DNA of 64,000 nucleotides from Chlorokybus atmophyticus (Eukaryota > Plantae > Mesostigma and Chlorokybus algae): positions 246,625 to 310,624 of the forward strand of contig RHPI01002090.1 in the NCBI GenBank assembly GCA_009103225.1. Direction: 5' to 3'. Positions 40,293 through 51,599 of this stretch are shown here, in pieces. Below the pieces are notes generated by a model. The model searched no databases. It saw only the letters and a list, made by a program, of their open reading frames with translations, and had not been told where the DNA came from. The number at the start of each line of letters is the position of its first letter. The first letter of the stretch is position 1. Both the position numbers and the translations under genes were made by a program.

Positions 40293-40700
40293 CTAGGTAT
40301 AGGTACAGTAAATTTGCCTACTACACGAAGTCCGATAAATCATGCCCGCCACATCGCCTAACGCCGTATCCCGAGCTGGCCTAGCGTCTCGTGATGGGGC
40401 TGCCCGTGCATCAGCCACTCGGCAAGCGCACAAGGACAGCAGCGCGACAGCCGGTGCTCCCAGCCAGCCATGAGTCGCGATAGCTAAAGGGATGAAGGTG
40501 TTGGAATCGGCGTGATCGTGATACTTGGCCTTCTTCCCGCGCTCCGCTGGCATTACCCCCCGCACCCGGATGTGATCGGCAAGCCGTAACTGTCACGTCC
40601 AACAACATGCGACTGTCGCTGCCTGACTCGCAAACCACAATGTCCATACGCCTCCCCTGCTGCTCGTGCTCCAACAGTGGCAGTACACCTGTCACCTCAC
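40293..40700 (-). mobile_element. Decayed restriction-like endonuclease (RLE) C-terminus of a CRE-like non-LTR retrotransposon
   Basis: RRMDIVV...LLDVTV followed, after a frameshift, by AERGKKAKY...FIPLAIATHGWLGAPAVALL, matching the RxD...DVTV...AE.K..KY...F.P...ET.G RLE signature. Confidence 0.65.
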
Positions 40701-41479
40701 ATCCACAGTGCTGTGCGTGCAGTGCTGGTGGCACTAGGCTCATGCCATTCATGTGCTCTTATGCAGTGCATGTTCTGGTTAGGTTGGGCTCGGTTGGGTT
40801 GGGTGGTGGGGTTGGTGCGCTTGCTGCTTGCCTGGCCTAGCTGGAGGGTGCTTGTGTTAGCATGCTGCATGCGTGTACAATGTGTCGTGCTGTTGCGCAC
40901 ACGCACAGTGTACCAAAGATGTGAGTGCACTAGTGCACACGTCTTGTCTAGGTCCTACTGTCCTAGAGCTCTAGCAGTTGTCTTGTGGTGATGCAAGCTC
41001 TGTCTTGGGCCTACTTTACCTATGCAACTTGCATGCTGCTGTTTTTACTGCTTGTGCACATGTGTGCTTGCATGCAATACCCTAGGAGTTCACTTAGAAC
41101 GCAATTCTTATTTGAGTTATGCACATGTATCAAACGCGTGCAAAACATCACACCAACACTCACTCCATATCACATTCACGACCACCAGCTAAGCCATGCT
41201 TGCGCTTGCATGCTACCCCTACCCCTACCCATACCGCCCCTCTATCAGCTATGCATGTGTGTAGAATATATGCAATGGTGTGCATGTGACTCACCATTGC
41301 ACGGCCTTGTCACATACGCAAGCACAAGCACAAGCACAGTCCAACATGGCAACAACTTGTTTTACCATCGGGCTGCCTATACAACCTCAGCTATCTAGCT
41401 TCGCTATTGCCCTTGCCCCATTAGTCAACATGCATGCGTCAATACCTGTACACAAGGCGTTTCACACAGTCAGCTACTG

Positions 41480-42270
41480 GCCATGTCGCAATGGTGGTAG
41501 CAGCAGACAGCAGACGGACTCCCCCTCCTCTCTCTTCCTCTGCTTCTGCCGCCCTCTCTCTTGTGCTGCAATGTCCGCGCCCTTGCTGCAGTTAAGGGCT
41601 TGGGTTGCATCGTCAACGTCAGCAGTGCGCAACTGCTTGCACTGCTGCGACCGGCCCTGTGGCCCGCATCAGCTGACTGCGCCCTCGCGCAGTCGGTCTG
41701 GTAGCGCCATAGGTTATGAGCCGGGGTGGCGCTGGTGCCCTTGCTGGTGGTTAGGTGCTGCGGTAGGGTTGGGTGGTGGGGTTAGTGCAGTGCGTCCTTG
41801 GCACGGGCAAGTTGCTTTACCACGCAGCTTGCTCCCCGCGCATGCTGATTCTTCAGTTGGCCTCGGTTGCTGCCAAGTGTCTTCAGCGTTGCGGATGCTT
41901 CTTCACAGTCTTCACCACCATCATGTACAACAGCATCGGTGGTGTGCAGTAGACGTAGTCCTTGCTGCGCAGCATTCGCTGTCTCAACGTTGTCAGCAGC
42001 TTGTTCCAGGGGTAGCCATCACGTTGCATGGCTTGAATCAAGTCCGTCATGGCTGTCACGAGGTGGGTTCTGTATGTACACACGCGGGTACAGCGCGCGT
42101 ACTGCGAGTTAATCACACCCAGCTGCACTGTGCGCGGTGTGTTTGAGGTTGGCAGTGGCGCGCGGTGGTGCGGTATGGCTGTGTAGGCTGGCAGGTCCCG
42201 TTTACTGTACAGCTTGGTGCAGATGCCGTCCTCAGTTTGAAATACCTCCAAGGCCAGAAATGGCATGTGT
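41480..42270 (-). mobile_element. 5'-truncated Penelope-like element (PLE) fragment: RT C-terminal region (41883-42266) plus putative 3' non-coding part; left boundary approximate
   Basis: PFLALEV...G.CTKLYSK...Y...H...S...GVINSQYARCTRVCT...L...MQRDGYP matches the PLE RT thumb pattern (FLD...T.LY.K...S...R..R.CS...GYP). Confidence 0.7.
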
Positions 42271-42426
42271 GAGTAGCTAAGTCCAAGCCGTGATGCAATG
42301 CACTATGCAATGCTAACATGCTTACACAAATGTCAACAACGGTATTGACAACAGCCTTACACCTACCTAACCTCAATGTTCAATATGTTACATCTTTGTA
42401 CGCAAGCAGTTGCAGTCCAAGCCGCA

Positions 42427-45379
42427 TCAACGTGATCGTGGCAGCCATTTGTCAAAGCACGCCTGCATCTTGTCTCGGCTTGTCTGGGTGCCAACATTTA
42501 CAGTTGGGATGATGCGCTTTGGCCGTACAAATTGAACGAATTCCTGGAGCTCGAGATAGCTGGAGTGCTCGGAGTATGGTACACCATAAACTGTCACTGC
42601 ACCAGCCTTGGTTGGCTTCAACAGCTCCAGCTCTTTGCCCAGCTTTTCGGAATATGTCCACCCCGTTGGCCGGAAGGCCAGAACTGCATTCCAGCGGTCT
42701 CCGAACTTCCTGAGGTATCTATTCAATCCCTATCACAAGCGCAGTGGTCAGCGGACAATGTAATGTATGTAAGTGCGGTGCCTTTCACACAAACACAGAA
42801 TATGTGCACCACTGGCAACAACACCAATCGGTCACACATTACGCTTGTTGCGGTTTGCAAGGGAATAAGAATGGTTAAGGTGATACATTGCCTTCATAGC
42901 ACCAACCACCAAGTATACAGGCATACTAAGTATTGGGCTTTTGTGGGCAAGGACCAAGTGCCTTTCTCTCCGTGCAATGCGTAGCTTACCTCAGGACGCA
43001 ACGCAAATATTGGGAGCACATGAACGTTGGTCACACAGGCATCAGCCGTGAGACGCTGTTGCAAGGCTGGCCATTCCAGGCAGCCCAAGGTCTTGATGCG
43101 TTGAGAATCGGCGTAGATACAAGCATTGAGCGCTTCTGCAACAGCCATGTACACCTTCTCCTTGCCAATTGAATACGCACCTATTTGCGGACAATATCAG
43201 TGCACGCTGATGCAAGTGTCAGGTAAGTCTAAGCAATAGGCTTGTAAGATTTGAGACGTACCAACAACAATCAAAGTGTGTCTGTTTTTTGCAAGAGCCT
43301 TCTGCACTATGTCCACAACTCGCCCAATGACAAGCTGCTGTGGAGGAAAGCTGCCAAACGCATTCCAACATAAGAACTCGCTCTGCTAAGCCAACAATAC
43401 AGCAACGCATACGCACCAGTAGCGTGGGTTGCAGTAAGTTGTGTCCAGATACAGCTCATCAACCTTTGTGTCCTGCAACTCCTTGAACTGTTGCATAAAA
43501 CAATCAGCTCGGAAGTCGCCAGTATGAAGCAAATGTTGTCCTCGCCAGTTCTTGAACAAAAACAATGCAGCGCCGGGACAATGATTGGCTTCCAAGAGTG
43601 TCACTTCCACGCCATCGACAACTTGCATGCAGTGCATTGGGAGAGCAACAACGTACCTAGAAGCAACAATGACTGAGCTCGCAGGCTAGCACCGTTGGCA
43701 ATGCATGCTGACCTGGCTGCACTTACTCGGGGCTAACGCGAAGCTTTGAGAGAACTAAGTTGGCTGTAACCTGGCTGCAGTAGATGGGACCATGCACCCA
43801 CTTGCTGGTCAATCCGCCATAATGGTCAGTATGGAAGTGTGATAGAAAGTAACCCCGGCACTGCGGGACGGCACCAAAACGGAAGGCATCTACGGTAAAA
43901 TAAGTGCCTATGCAACAGTAGTCACGACTCAGAGAGAGTCTTCCAGGTAGGCAACGAACATTAAGGCTGTATCAGCAGCAACATCGCTGTCGTCATGGTC
44001 AGGGAAAGCAAATTGGCACAAGCTGCAGTCCCATGCAACTCAGCTTCCAATATGCCAACCTTGATTGGTTCAAGCAAGCACATGTGACCATGGCATGAGC
44101 ATGAGCAAACCTGGCATTCGCTTATAGAAGGGGCAGCTGCGGTCATTCCCCTTAGTATCACCAGTAGTGTCAGCTATGCCAGCTGATGGCTGTACTTGAG
44201 TGGGTTGCCGTTTCAGCTGCTTTGCTGGTGGTGTTGCCTTCATACCAAAGTAGGGGCCAATTAATTGCTGCACCTTCTGCACAGATTTTTGTGCAGCCAA
44301 GCCAATGGAGAAGTATGCGCCCAGCGTGCGCTGCTTCAGAGCAGGTTGCATGCTGGTACCAGTTTGTTCAAAGCCTGCATGGAACATGCGTCAGATGCAC
44401 GAGTATTAAGAGAAGGGTGAGTTTCGTTTCAGGTGCACACGTACCTGTTTCAGCTGCATGGACAGCTTCCTGTTCGTCATCACCTTCAGCTTCGGAGCAT
44501 GCATCAACATCGTCAGCTTCCTCACTCGCAGGCACCACTACAGCAGGGAGGTACGTCTCCGTGGTCGCCTCACTTTCTGCCACCAGATCAATGACTGCTG
44601 CAGACCACCAGGTAAGCACCCCACGTATTCTTCCCCGCTGACGATAAGAATTGCACTGCCAGCTCAGTCAACCACTGCAATACAAACCTGGTAACTGGGT
44701 GGGCTGTACGAAGTCATTAACCCGACACACTTGGTCGCTGCCAATCGAACCTTGCGCATGCTCATATATGCAGGACGTTGCTGAGCGTCCTGATGTGGTT
44801 GCTGCTAACCCACTCGCTTGTCGCAAGCAATCGTGTTCTGAACAGTTACACGCACAATATGACTGCGTGTTTCTGAATCACTCCACGTTTCGTATAACTC
44901 GCAGTGCCAACCAGTGCTGTTGAGCACGCTGCTGAGCTGGTACCTCGTTGTGTAGCTGCTGGCATAGTGCTTGTACTAGAAAAAGAACGGGATTTGGTCA
45001 GCTCGGTATGCTTGAACAACCGATAATGCGCCAGTCCTCTGCTACTGCAACGCGCACCAGCCAAGCACTCTGCCAACAGCTTGTAAGCTACGAGGCACTA
45101 CGTGCAGGACATGCAATGAGATTCCGCCAGGTACCTGTGATGGGCTGTGCATTGCCGAGGCAGTCACTGACATGCATCTCGCGCTTCTGCCACATTGCAC
45201 TGCTGTTAACCAGCTAAGCAGCGCACAGCGTCGCACCACTCTACAAACTACACCAACTGCTCAGCAACCACCATCCTCACCTGCTGCTCGACTTCATCCA
45301 GAGGCGCCTGGCACATAGGGCAGAAGAACTCGCCCTCCTGCACCTCCTCAACCCCATCGCTCCACTTGCGCTTCAACAT
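42427..45379 (-). CDS. SNM1: DNA cross-link repair nuclease SNM1/PSO2 (DCLRE1A), metallo-beta-lactamase/beta-CASP with N-terminal UBZ-like finger
   Basis: FTVDAFRFG...[13 protein letters not shown]; [15 protein letters not shown]; LHTGDFRAD; [10 protein letters not shown]; AFRPTGW; [31 protein letters not shown]; N-terminal CPMC...H...C. Confidence 0.95.
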
Positions 45380-45515
45380 GCCGCCCGCCTCGCCGCCCGC
45401 AAGCTCAGCCTGCAGGCTGCAGCCTGCCGATGCCGCTGCCTCAGCTGCGACTTGGCGGGAACCACCAAGTGCGTCCGCACTGCTTGTGCGATGGCATCGC
45501 ATTGCACAAGCTCGC

Positions 45516-45536
45516 AAACCCTAACCCTAACCCTAA
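45516..45536. promoter_or_regulatory. Telo-box / short interstitial telomeric repeat AAA(CCCTAA)3 in the SNM1-RPL12 divergent promoter
   Basis: AAACCCTAACCCTAACCCTAA, about 140 bp upstream of the SNM1 ATG and 350 bp upstream of the RPL12 ATG. Confidence 0.55.
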
Positions 45537-45886
45537 TTTGCTTCTGAGAGTGCCGCTGCCGCAAGCTTATCGACCTGTTTGGTGGCGCAGCGACGCCCAC
45601 AAAGTGACGCGTTGTGGGTCTTACCGTTAGTGCTCTTTGCTCAGCTGCAGCCGTTTGGAGCCAATTAAAGCGCCTCGTGAAGGCTGCAGGATCCGGCTGT
45701 GGTCATCGCAGGCAATACCTAAGAGCCGTCAATTGTAGGTTTGGAAAGTGTCTTGCTTGTGCATGGTCTTCTCGTAGCCGCCGCCGCCAACGTCGTTGCC
45801 GCCGCCGTAGTTGTTGCGGCCAGGCTCGCGGAACTCACGGCAAGGGAGTCATAGGCAGTTTTTCTGTGCTAAGGGGGACAGATACA

Positions 45887-46893
45887 ATGGCGGCTATTGC
45901 GGAGTGCAGCGCCTGCATTGCACCATGCCGACCTGTCGCGGCTGCGCCCGCCAGGTCTTCAAGGACGGTGTCGAAGGTGAGTTGAGTGTCAGGGTGCAGC
46001 TGCCCCTAGCGCATATGGCATGCATTGCACAATGAGCGCCTACAGCAATGCCTGTATACACAATTCACTTTGCTTGTCACAAACGAGCCCAGCAACGAAC
46101 ATTGACGATGTTGTCCGATTGCATACCCCCTCAATTTTGGGTGATCTCTTTCTTGATCACCAGGCCGGTGCTCTCAGCGGCAGCAGCAGCTTCTTCCAGT
46201 CTGCAAAGCTCTCTCAGAGGGTCCCAGCTGCCTCGCGACGCGGCACTGTGATGAGCGCCGCCACCGATGAGATTGTCGAGAAGTTGAAGACCATCACACT
46301 TCTCGAGGCTGCTGAGCTTGTGAAGTCGATCGAGGAGGTGAGAACTGATAGCCTCCATTGTATGGTTTTGCATTGAGCAAATTGTACCTTCGCAAGTGAT
46401 GGGTGCTCAGTTCTTTTAGGTTTGTCGATTGAATTTTTGGTTTCTCTAAGATGTGTGCTTGCAACAAGCACAGTTTGCGAAGTGCCATTAATCTTGGTTG
46501 GCTGCAGGTCTTTGGTGTCAGCGCCGCTGCCCCTATGGGCGGTATGGTGGCCATGCCAGGTGGTGGTGGCGCTGCGGAGGCTGCCCCAGCTGTCGAGGAG
46601 AAGACCGAGTTTGACGTTGTGGTTGTTGAGGTCGACGCCGCCAAGCGCATCAACCTTATTAAGGTAAATACTGTTGCTCGATAAGCAGACATGGTTGTTG
46701 TTGTAACGCAAGAAACATGTACTGATGGTTTGTCTGGCAGGTTGTGCGATCTTTGACCCCGCTGGGTCTCAAGGAGGCAAAGGATGCCGTAAGCACACTC
46801 CCCAGCGTGCTTCTCGCTGGTGTTCCCAAGGACAAGGCCGAGGAGGCCAAGAAGGCTCTTGAGGAGGGTGGTGCCAAGGTCGAGATCAAGTAA
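45887..46893 (+). CDS. RPL12: Plastid 50S ribosomal protein L7/L12, nuclear-encoded; exons 45887-45978, 46164-46337, 46508-46663, 46741-46893
   Basis: Transit peptide, then [22 protein letters not shown]|VFGVSAAAP...[10 protein letters not shown]...KRINLIK|[15 protein letters not shown]...[10 protein letters not shown]. Confidence 0.96.
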
Positions 46894-47610
46894 ACAAGAT
46901 ACATACAGAACAAACTGGTTGCTACAATGTAGCGCAGTTACCTAGCGCGCGCGGTTAACTCAATTCCTATATTATGCTGTTCTCAATGGTTGCCTCGTCG
47001 TCTTGCACTTCTGTGCTGATTGTCGTCGATGTGTGCAATTGATTGGGAAAATGGAAAAGAGAGAAGTTTATACTATCAACATCCTGACACCAACTGCTAC
47101 TGGGTGTTGTGAAGTGACTCTTGACGAGCTCGCAGCGTGACCGTACAGCAGGACTGTCACATAAATTCGTGCATATCTGCTTCTGCTAACCACACCTGGT
47201 GCAGATACTTGAGTGGATCAAAATACACAAAATTGTCACCAGATTCAAGCTTGGTGTTAACAACGTGCGGCTCTCTGATGCATATGTCGTACATGCCATA
47301 TCCCCTCATTGCATTCTTGGTACTCCCAGTTGCACATCAGGATTGTGCAAAGTACAACTGACGATTCGCAATCAACCATGGTGTTAACAACTGCACGCCC
47401 GATTCAACCCTGTCCTAACAGGACTGCACAAGATAAAATGAATACCATCAACACTCTAAGATCAACACAGCTATGCTGGATAAGTCAGCAAGAAGCTGAT
47501 GTTCAAAGTCTGTCGGTCACACTTCTTGCAACATACACTAAACCCCTGAAGCCAAAACAAGCACACAAAACTAGTTTACAACTACTCCTTGCCTCCGCAG
47601 CCCTACACTC

Positions 47611-48694
47611 TCAGAAATCGCTACACCGCCCCTTAACCTCCCAGTCGCTGTACCGAGTCGGCTCAGGACCTCGCGGACCACCAATCTCACCGGTCTTCTT
47701 ATTGACACGCTGGCTGAGGTCCTGCACAAGTAAACCATCAGCGACTGAGCTCCCGCTCCAATACAAACTCGCTTTGCTACTGGCATGACATCTGACGCAC
47801 TATAAACAACGCCATGCTAGTGTCGGCACCATAATTTCTCCGGCAGGCTACCAGGCAACTAAGCATGGCAATACGTGTGATGGGCATGCATGCTGGTGAA
47901 TATCAATTGGAGGAAAACACTAGATGCATGCGCAAGCGCAAGCCTGCCCTTTGCAACGCGCATGCTTCAACACGCGGGTATGTTTACACACAACGTGTAT
48001 GCACACAACTGCATGCACACAGTGTGGGAGCGTGTGCTCAAATCGGGTGCGCCAAACTGTGAAGTACTACTTGCTAAACAATATTGAAATGCTGACTTAA
48101 ACAATGCCTACTCGATGTGGTATACAACAACGACCTGCTGACAAGTGGGCGCATACACACGTGTCACACCAGACTATGCATGGCAGCAAAACAATGGCTA
48201 ACATGCGATTGCAAGCTCTAGAACTGCATGCATGCATGTGACATACCTCTGCATATACAGGCACTAATCATACATTGCAGCAGCACACTCGCAAAGTCCA
48301 CAGAGCACGGAGCTTGCAGCTTGTTGCACCATACCTCATCATCAACGTCCACGGCTGATCCTTCCTCGTCCGCAAGGGCGCCGGCTCCTTCATTAAGGGG
48401 GGGCGGAGGAGCCGACAGCCTTCCGCTGCGCAGCTGCCTGGCGACCTCCTCAGCCGTTCGCCGCTGGAGGCTCTCCATCACATCCGGCAGGGGCGGTGGT
48501 CCGCCCCTCCCACCCTGAGCATCAGCAGCAAACCATCGCTGAGACGCAACGGCTCCGGTAAGAACTGCGTAGCGGGGGATAGAGGAGGAGGCGGTGGCGA
48601 CCGCGGCTGCTGAGACACGCTCCGCACCGGCCACGACCGCCCCCGCCGCCGCCGCCGCCGCCACCCTCCGAGCCACCGTCGTCAACCCAGCCAT
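47611..48694 (-). CDS. SDHAF4: Succinate dehydrogenase assembly factor 4 (DUF1674), mitochondrial; exons 48335-48694 and 47611-47721
   Basis: Ala/Arg-rich presequence; C-terminus [29 protein letters not shown] is the family signature. Confidence 0.93.
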
Positions 48695-49368
48695 AACGTG
48701 GCGTCTGCAACGAGCGCACAGAAGGTGCCACAGTGGGGTAAAGTAGGTCTCTCGGACTCAACGCCCTGAGAGTCTTGGTGTGTTTGCAAAGCAGACTCTG
48801 CTCTCGAATGTTCATGTGGTGCCTGCACGGAGGGTGTTGAGTGAGAAGGGAAGCCCCCCCCTTGGGAGTCCCAAGTTGGGACAACATGCTCGACCCTCGG
48901 GAGTGCAAGTGTGCGTATAATTGAGTACAATTGGGTATGTATACACGACGAAGTTGATGGGGTTTTTTTTAAGGGGGTTCATCAGCGCATGTATATTACA
49001 TGTGTAGCAGCACGCGCTGACAAGCGCAGAGTGTGTGTTATGTGAAACACAGCAACAACTTGTGTGCGTGTGAACGTCAATATCAATATACAGGTTGCTT
49101 ATGAAAGCACCAAGTGCTCGGCACACATTACATGTTTTCAACAGGAATTGTACATGCAAAAGCAGCAGCAACTTAGCCATGTGTCATCAATGTGTATCAC
49201 ATTCGCACATGCGTATTAATGTATGATGAAGCACGTCAGTGATTGCAAATAGTTCGTATGCAATAAATGTGGTAATGGAAGTTGACAACGTTGTCAATTA
49301 GATGAGCAATGCAATTAAGCTTTGTACACATAACCAACATTGGAGTTGCGTTTATAGCAAACTGTAGC

Positions 49369-49879
49369 TGTCACGAATTGGGATATTGTGACAGACCTCA
49401 CTCATGGTCGTGTCTTTTACTACCATAGCCTAGTGGTCGGGCCCCGATTGTTACAATGGTAACGGAGCTTGACGTCTCAGGTTCAATTCCCGTAGGGGAC
49501 TGAGGCAGATCCAAGGCAAAAACATAAAAACATTTGGGTCGGCTTGCCCTAGGCTGGGCGCGGGATCACGACCTGCGCGCCGAGCCAGTTCAACCTAAAG
49601 CCGCGTGAGCGGTCGCGCTGCGATGGCAGGTCGCGCTGTGAGGATGGCCGTTCGTTCGGTCAGCACCGTTTGTGGGCCGGACCCAATAGGCCGCGGGCGG
49701 ATCGGTCGTGGTACGGCCGTGACCACGGCGACGTGGGCTAGTAAGTGCTTCATTGGATTATAAGGAACTCATGGGTTAAATTGGGAGGAATGTCACGAAT
49801 TGGGATAAATTGTGACAGACCTTACTCATGGTAGTGTCTTTTACTACCATAGCCTAGTGGTCGGGCCCCAATTGTTGCA
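49369..49879 (+). mobile_element. Complete TRIM (miniature LTR retrotransposon), copy A, 511 bp
   Basis: LTR1 49369-49455 (TGTCAC...GTTACA) and LTR2 49791-49879 (TGTCAC...GTTGCA); PBS-like TGGTAACGGAGC at 49457-68; PPT GGGAGGAA before LTR2; perfect 5-bp TSD GTAGC (49364-68 and 49880-84); no coding capacity. Confidence 0.92.
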
Positions 49880-50540
49880 GTAGCATTCCCTCACCCACGG
49901 CCACGTGCATAAAGCAAACAATGTGCTAACATCAAACAAACAGTAGCGCACTCAATTTGCTGGAGGCCGAGTCAACCTATTAGTTGGACTAGATATATTA
50001 ACGCAGCCCTCATGCTCCTTCCCTTACCGCAGCACCACCTGCGCTGCACACTTATCCACCACACTGTACGTGTTCCCCCTGCAAGACATACCCTGCAGCC
50101 GAGGCTTACCTGCACGACATTGTGAAGCATATGCACTTTTGAGCCAACGGTTGCGAATGTATATCGCATGTGCAATTGATGCATAAGCTTTCCAAACATT
50201 GGAGACCAGGTAGCACACACAATGCGCACTAGCAATAGCACTCTCTTTAACACACCAAGGCACTTCAATTATACGGGCATGGGCTTGGCTATAGTATATG
50301 CATTATGTAAATGCGTTGAGGTGAGGAAGCGGGGTGGATAGCAGCAAGGCAGGGCAGGGGAGGGGGGAACGCTTAAGACAAGCAAGGAAGCAGACATGTG
50401 CGGACCGGGCCGAATGCATGTTTACAAGTTTATGGAATTACATGCGCAACACATCAAAGCTGCGGCTGCAGTTGTTTTGAATCACGTAGCTAATACATCA
50501 GTTACGCGACGGAGTGCGCGCGAGTGAGGGAGACAGAGTG

Positions 50541-50983
50541 TGTAATAAGTGGGCTTCGACCACTAGGCTATGGTAGCAAAAGACGCTACCATGAGTGAGT
50601 TCTGTCACAATCCATCTTAAATCGTGACATTCCTCCCCAATTTAACCCATGGGTTCCTCATTATCCAATGAAGCACTTGCTAGCCCACGTCGCCGTGGTC
50701 ACGGCCGTACCACGACCGGTCCGCCCGCGGCCATTTGAATCCGGCCATCCTTACCGCGCGACTTGCCATCGCGGCGCGACCGCTCGCGCGGCCATAGGTT
50801 AAACTGGCTCGGCGCGCAGGTTGCAAACCTGCGCCCAGCCTGGGGCAAGCCGCGCCAAATGTTTTTGCCCTTGAATCTGCACCAGTCCCCTATGGAAATT
50901 GAACCTGAGACGTCGAGCTCCATTACTATTGTAACAAGTGGGCTCCGACCACTAGGCTATGGTAGCAAAAGACGCTACCATGA
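50541..50983 (-). mobile_element. Second TRIM copy (B), inverted relative to A; 5' LTR truncated at 50983
   Basis: 3' LTR 50541-50629, PPT (TTCCTCCCC on +) 50630-38, internal domain colinear with copy A, partial 5' LTR 50930-50983. Confidence 0.88.
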
Positions 50984-51189
50984 TGTCGCAAAATGTTTCT
51001 CCTGCCGGCCGACCAACTATTGGCAATGGTCGTGCACCCGAAGATACTGATTTAAACTGTCCTGGCTCAGTCCACCTGTAATCTCGATACAGGGACCTGA
51101 GTACAACTTCCGTTACTATCAGGCCCTTTCCGTTTCAATTCAGTCTTTAATAATTAACTATATGTAATTAACGAGAACCTATTTTACTT

Positions 51190-51445
51190 AACAGTCCTTA
51201 ACAGGTGACAATGCTTAATTAACAGCCACCTGTCGGTTACTTATCAGGCCTTAACAGGTGCCTATAACCAATTAACGGGCACCTGTAAGTTGCACATCAG
51301 GCCTTGACAGGTGACTATACCTAATTAACTGGCACCTGCAAATTACACATCAGTCTTATATAGGTGACTCAGCCTTTGTAACAGGCACCTGCAAGTTACA
51401 CATCAGTCCAGCGCAGGCGACTGAGCCTAATTCACAAGCACCAAC
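51190..51445. repeat. Tandem array of five 53-bp units, most forming a CAGGTG...CACCTG hairpin
   Basis: CAGGTG or variants start at 51202, 51255, 51308, 51361 and 51414 (exact 53-bp period); e.g. ACAGGTGCC-TATAACCAATTAACG-GGCACCTGT. Confidence 0.85.
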
Positions 51446-51599
51446 TAGGAAGTTGTCCACATGATAAGGCATTCTTCAAGCAACTGAAGGTGACTGATAC
51501 CTAACTGTCGTTATATGTATTTGCATAGCATGACTACACGCGACTGTCACTGACTGCCAGCATCGTTATGTGCTGTGTAGTGTACAGGTACCTGAAATA

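Noticed and set aside
41840-41900. Hammerhead ribozyme in the PLE fragment (two CTGAAGA on the minus strand)
   Set aside because: No GAAA core segment or stem III follows at the right spacing.
51190-51445. CRISPR-like array
   Set aside because: Units are wholly homologous with no unique spacers, there are no cas genes, and the context is eukaryotic.
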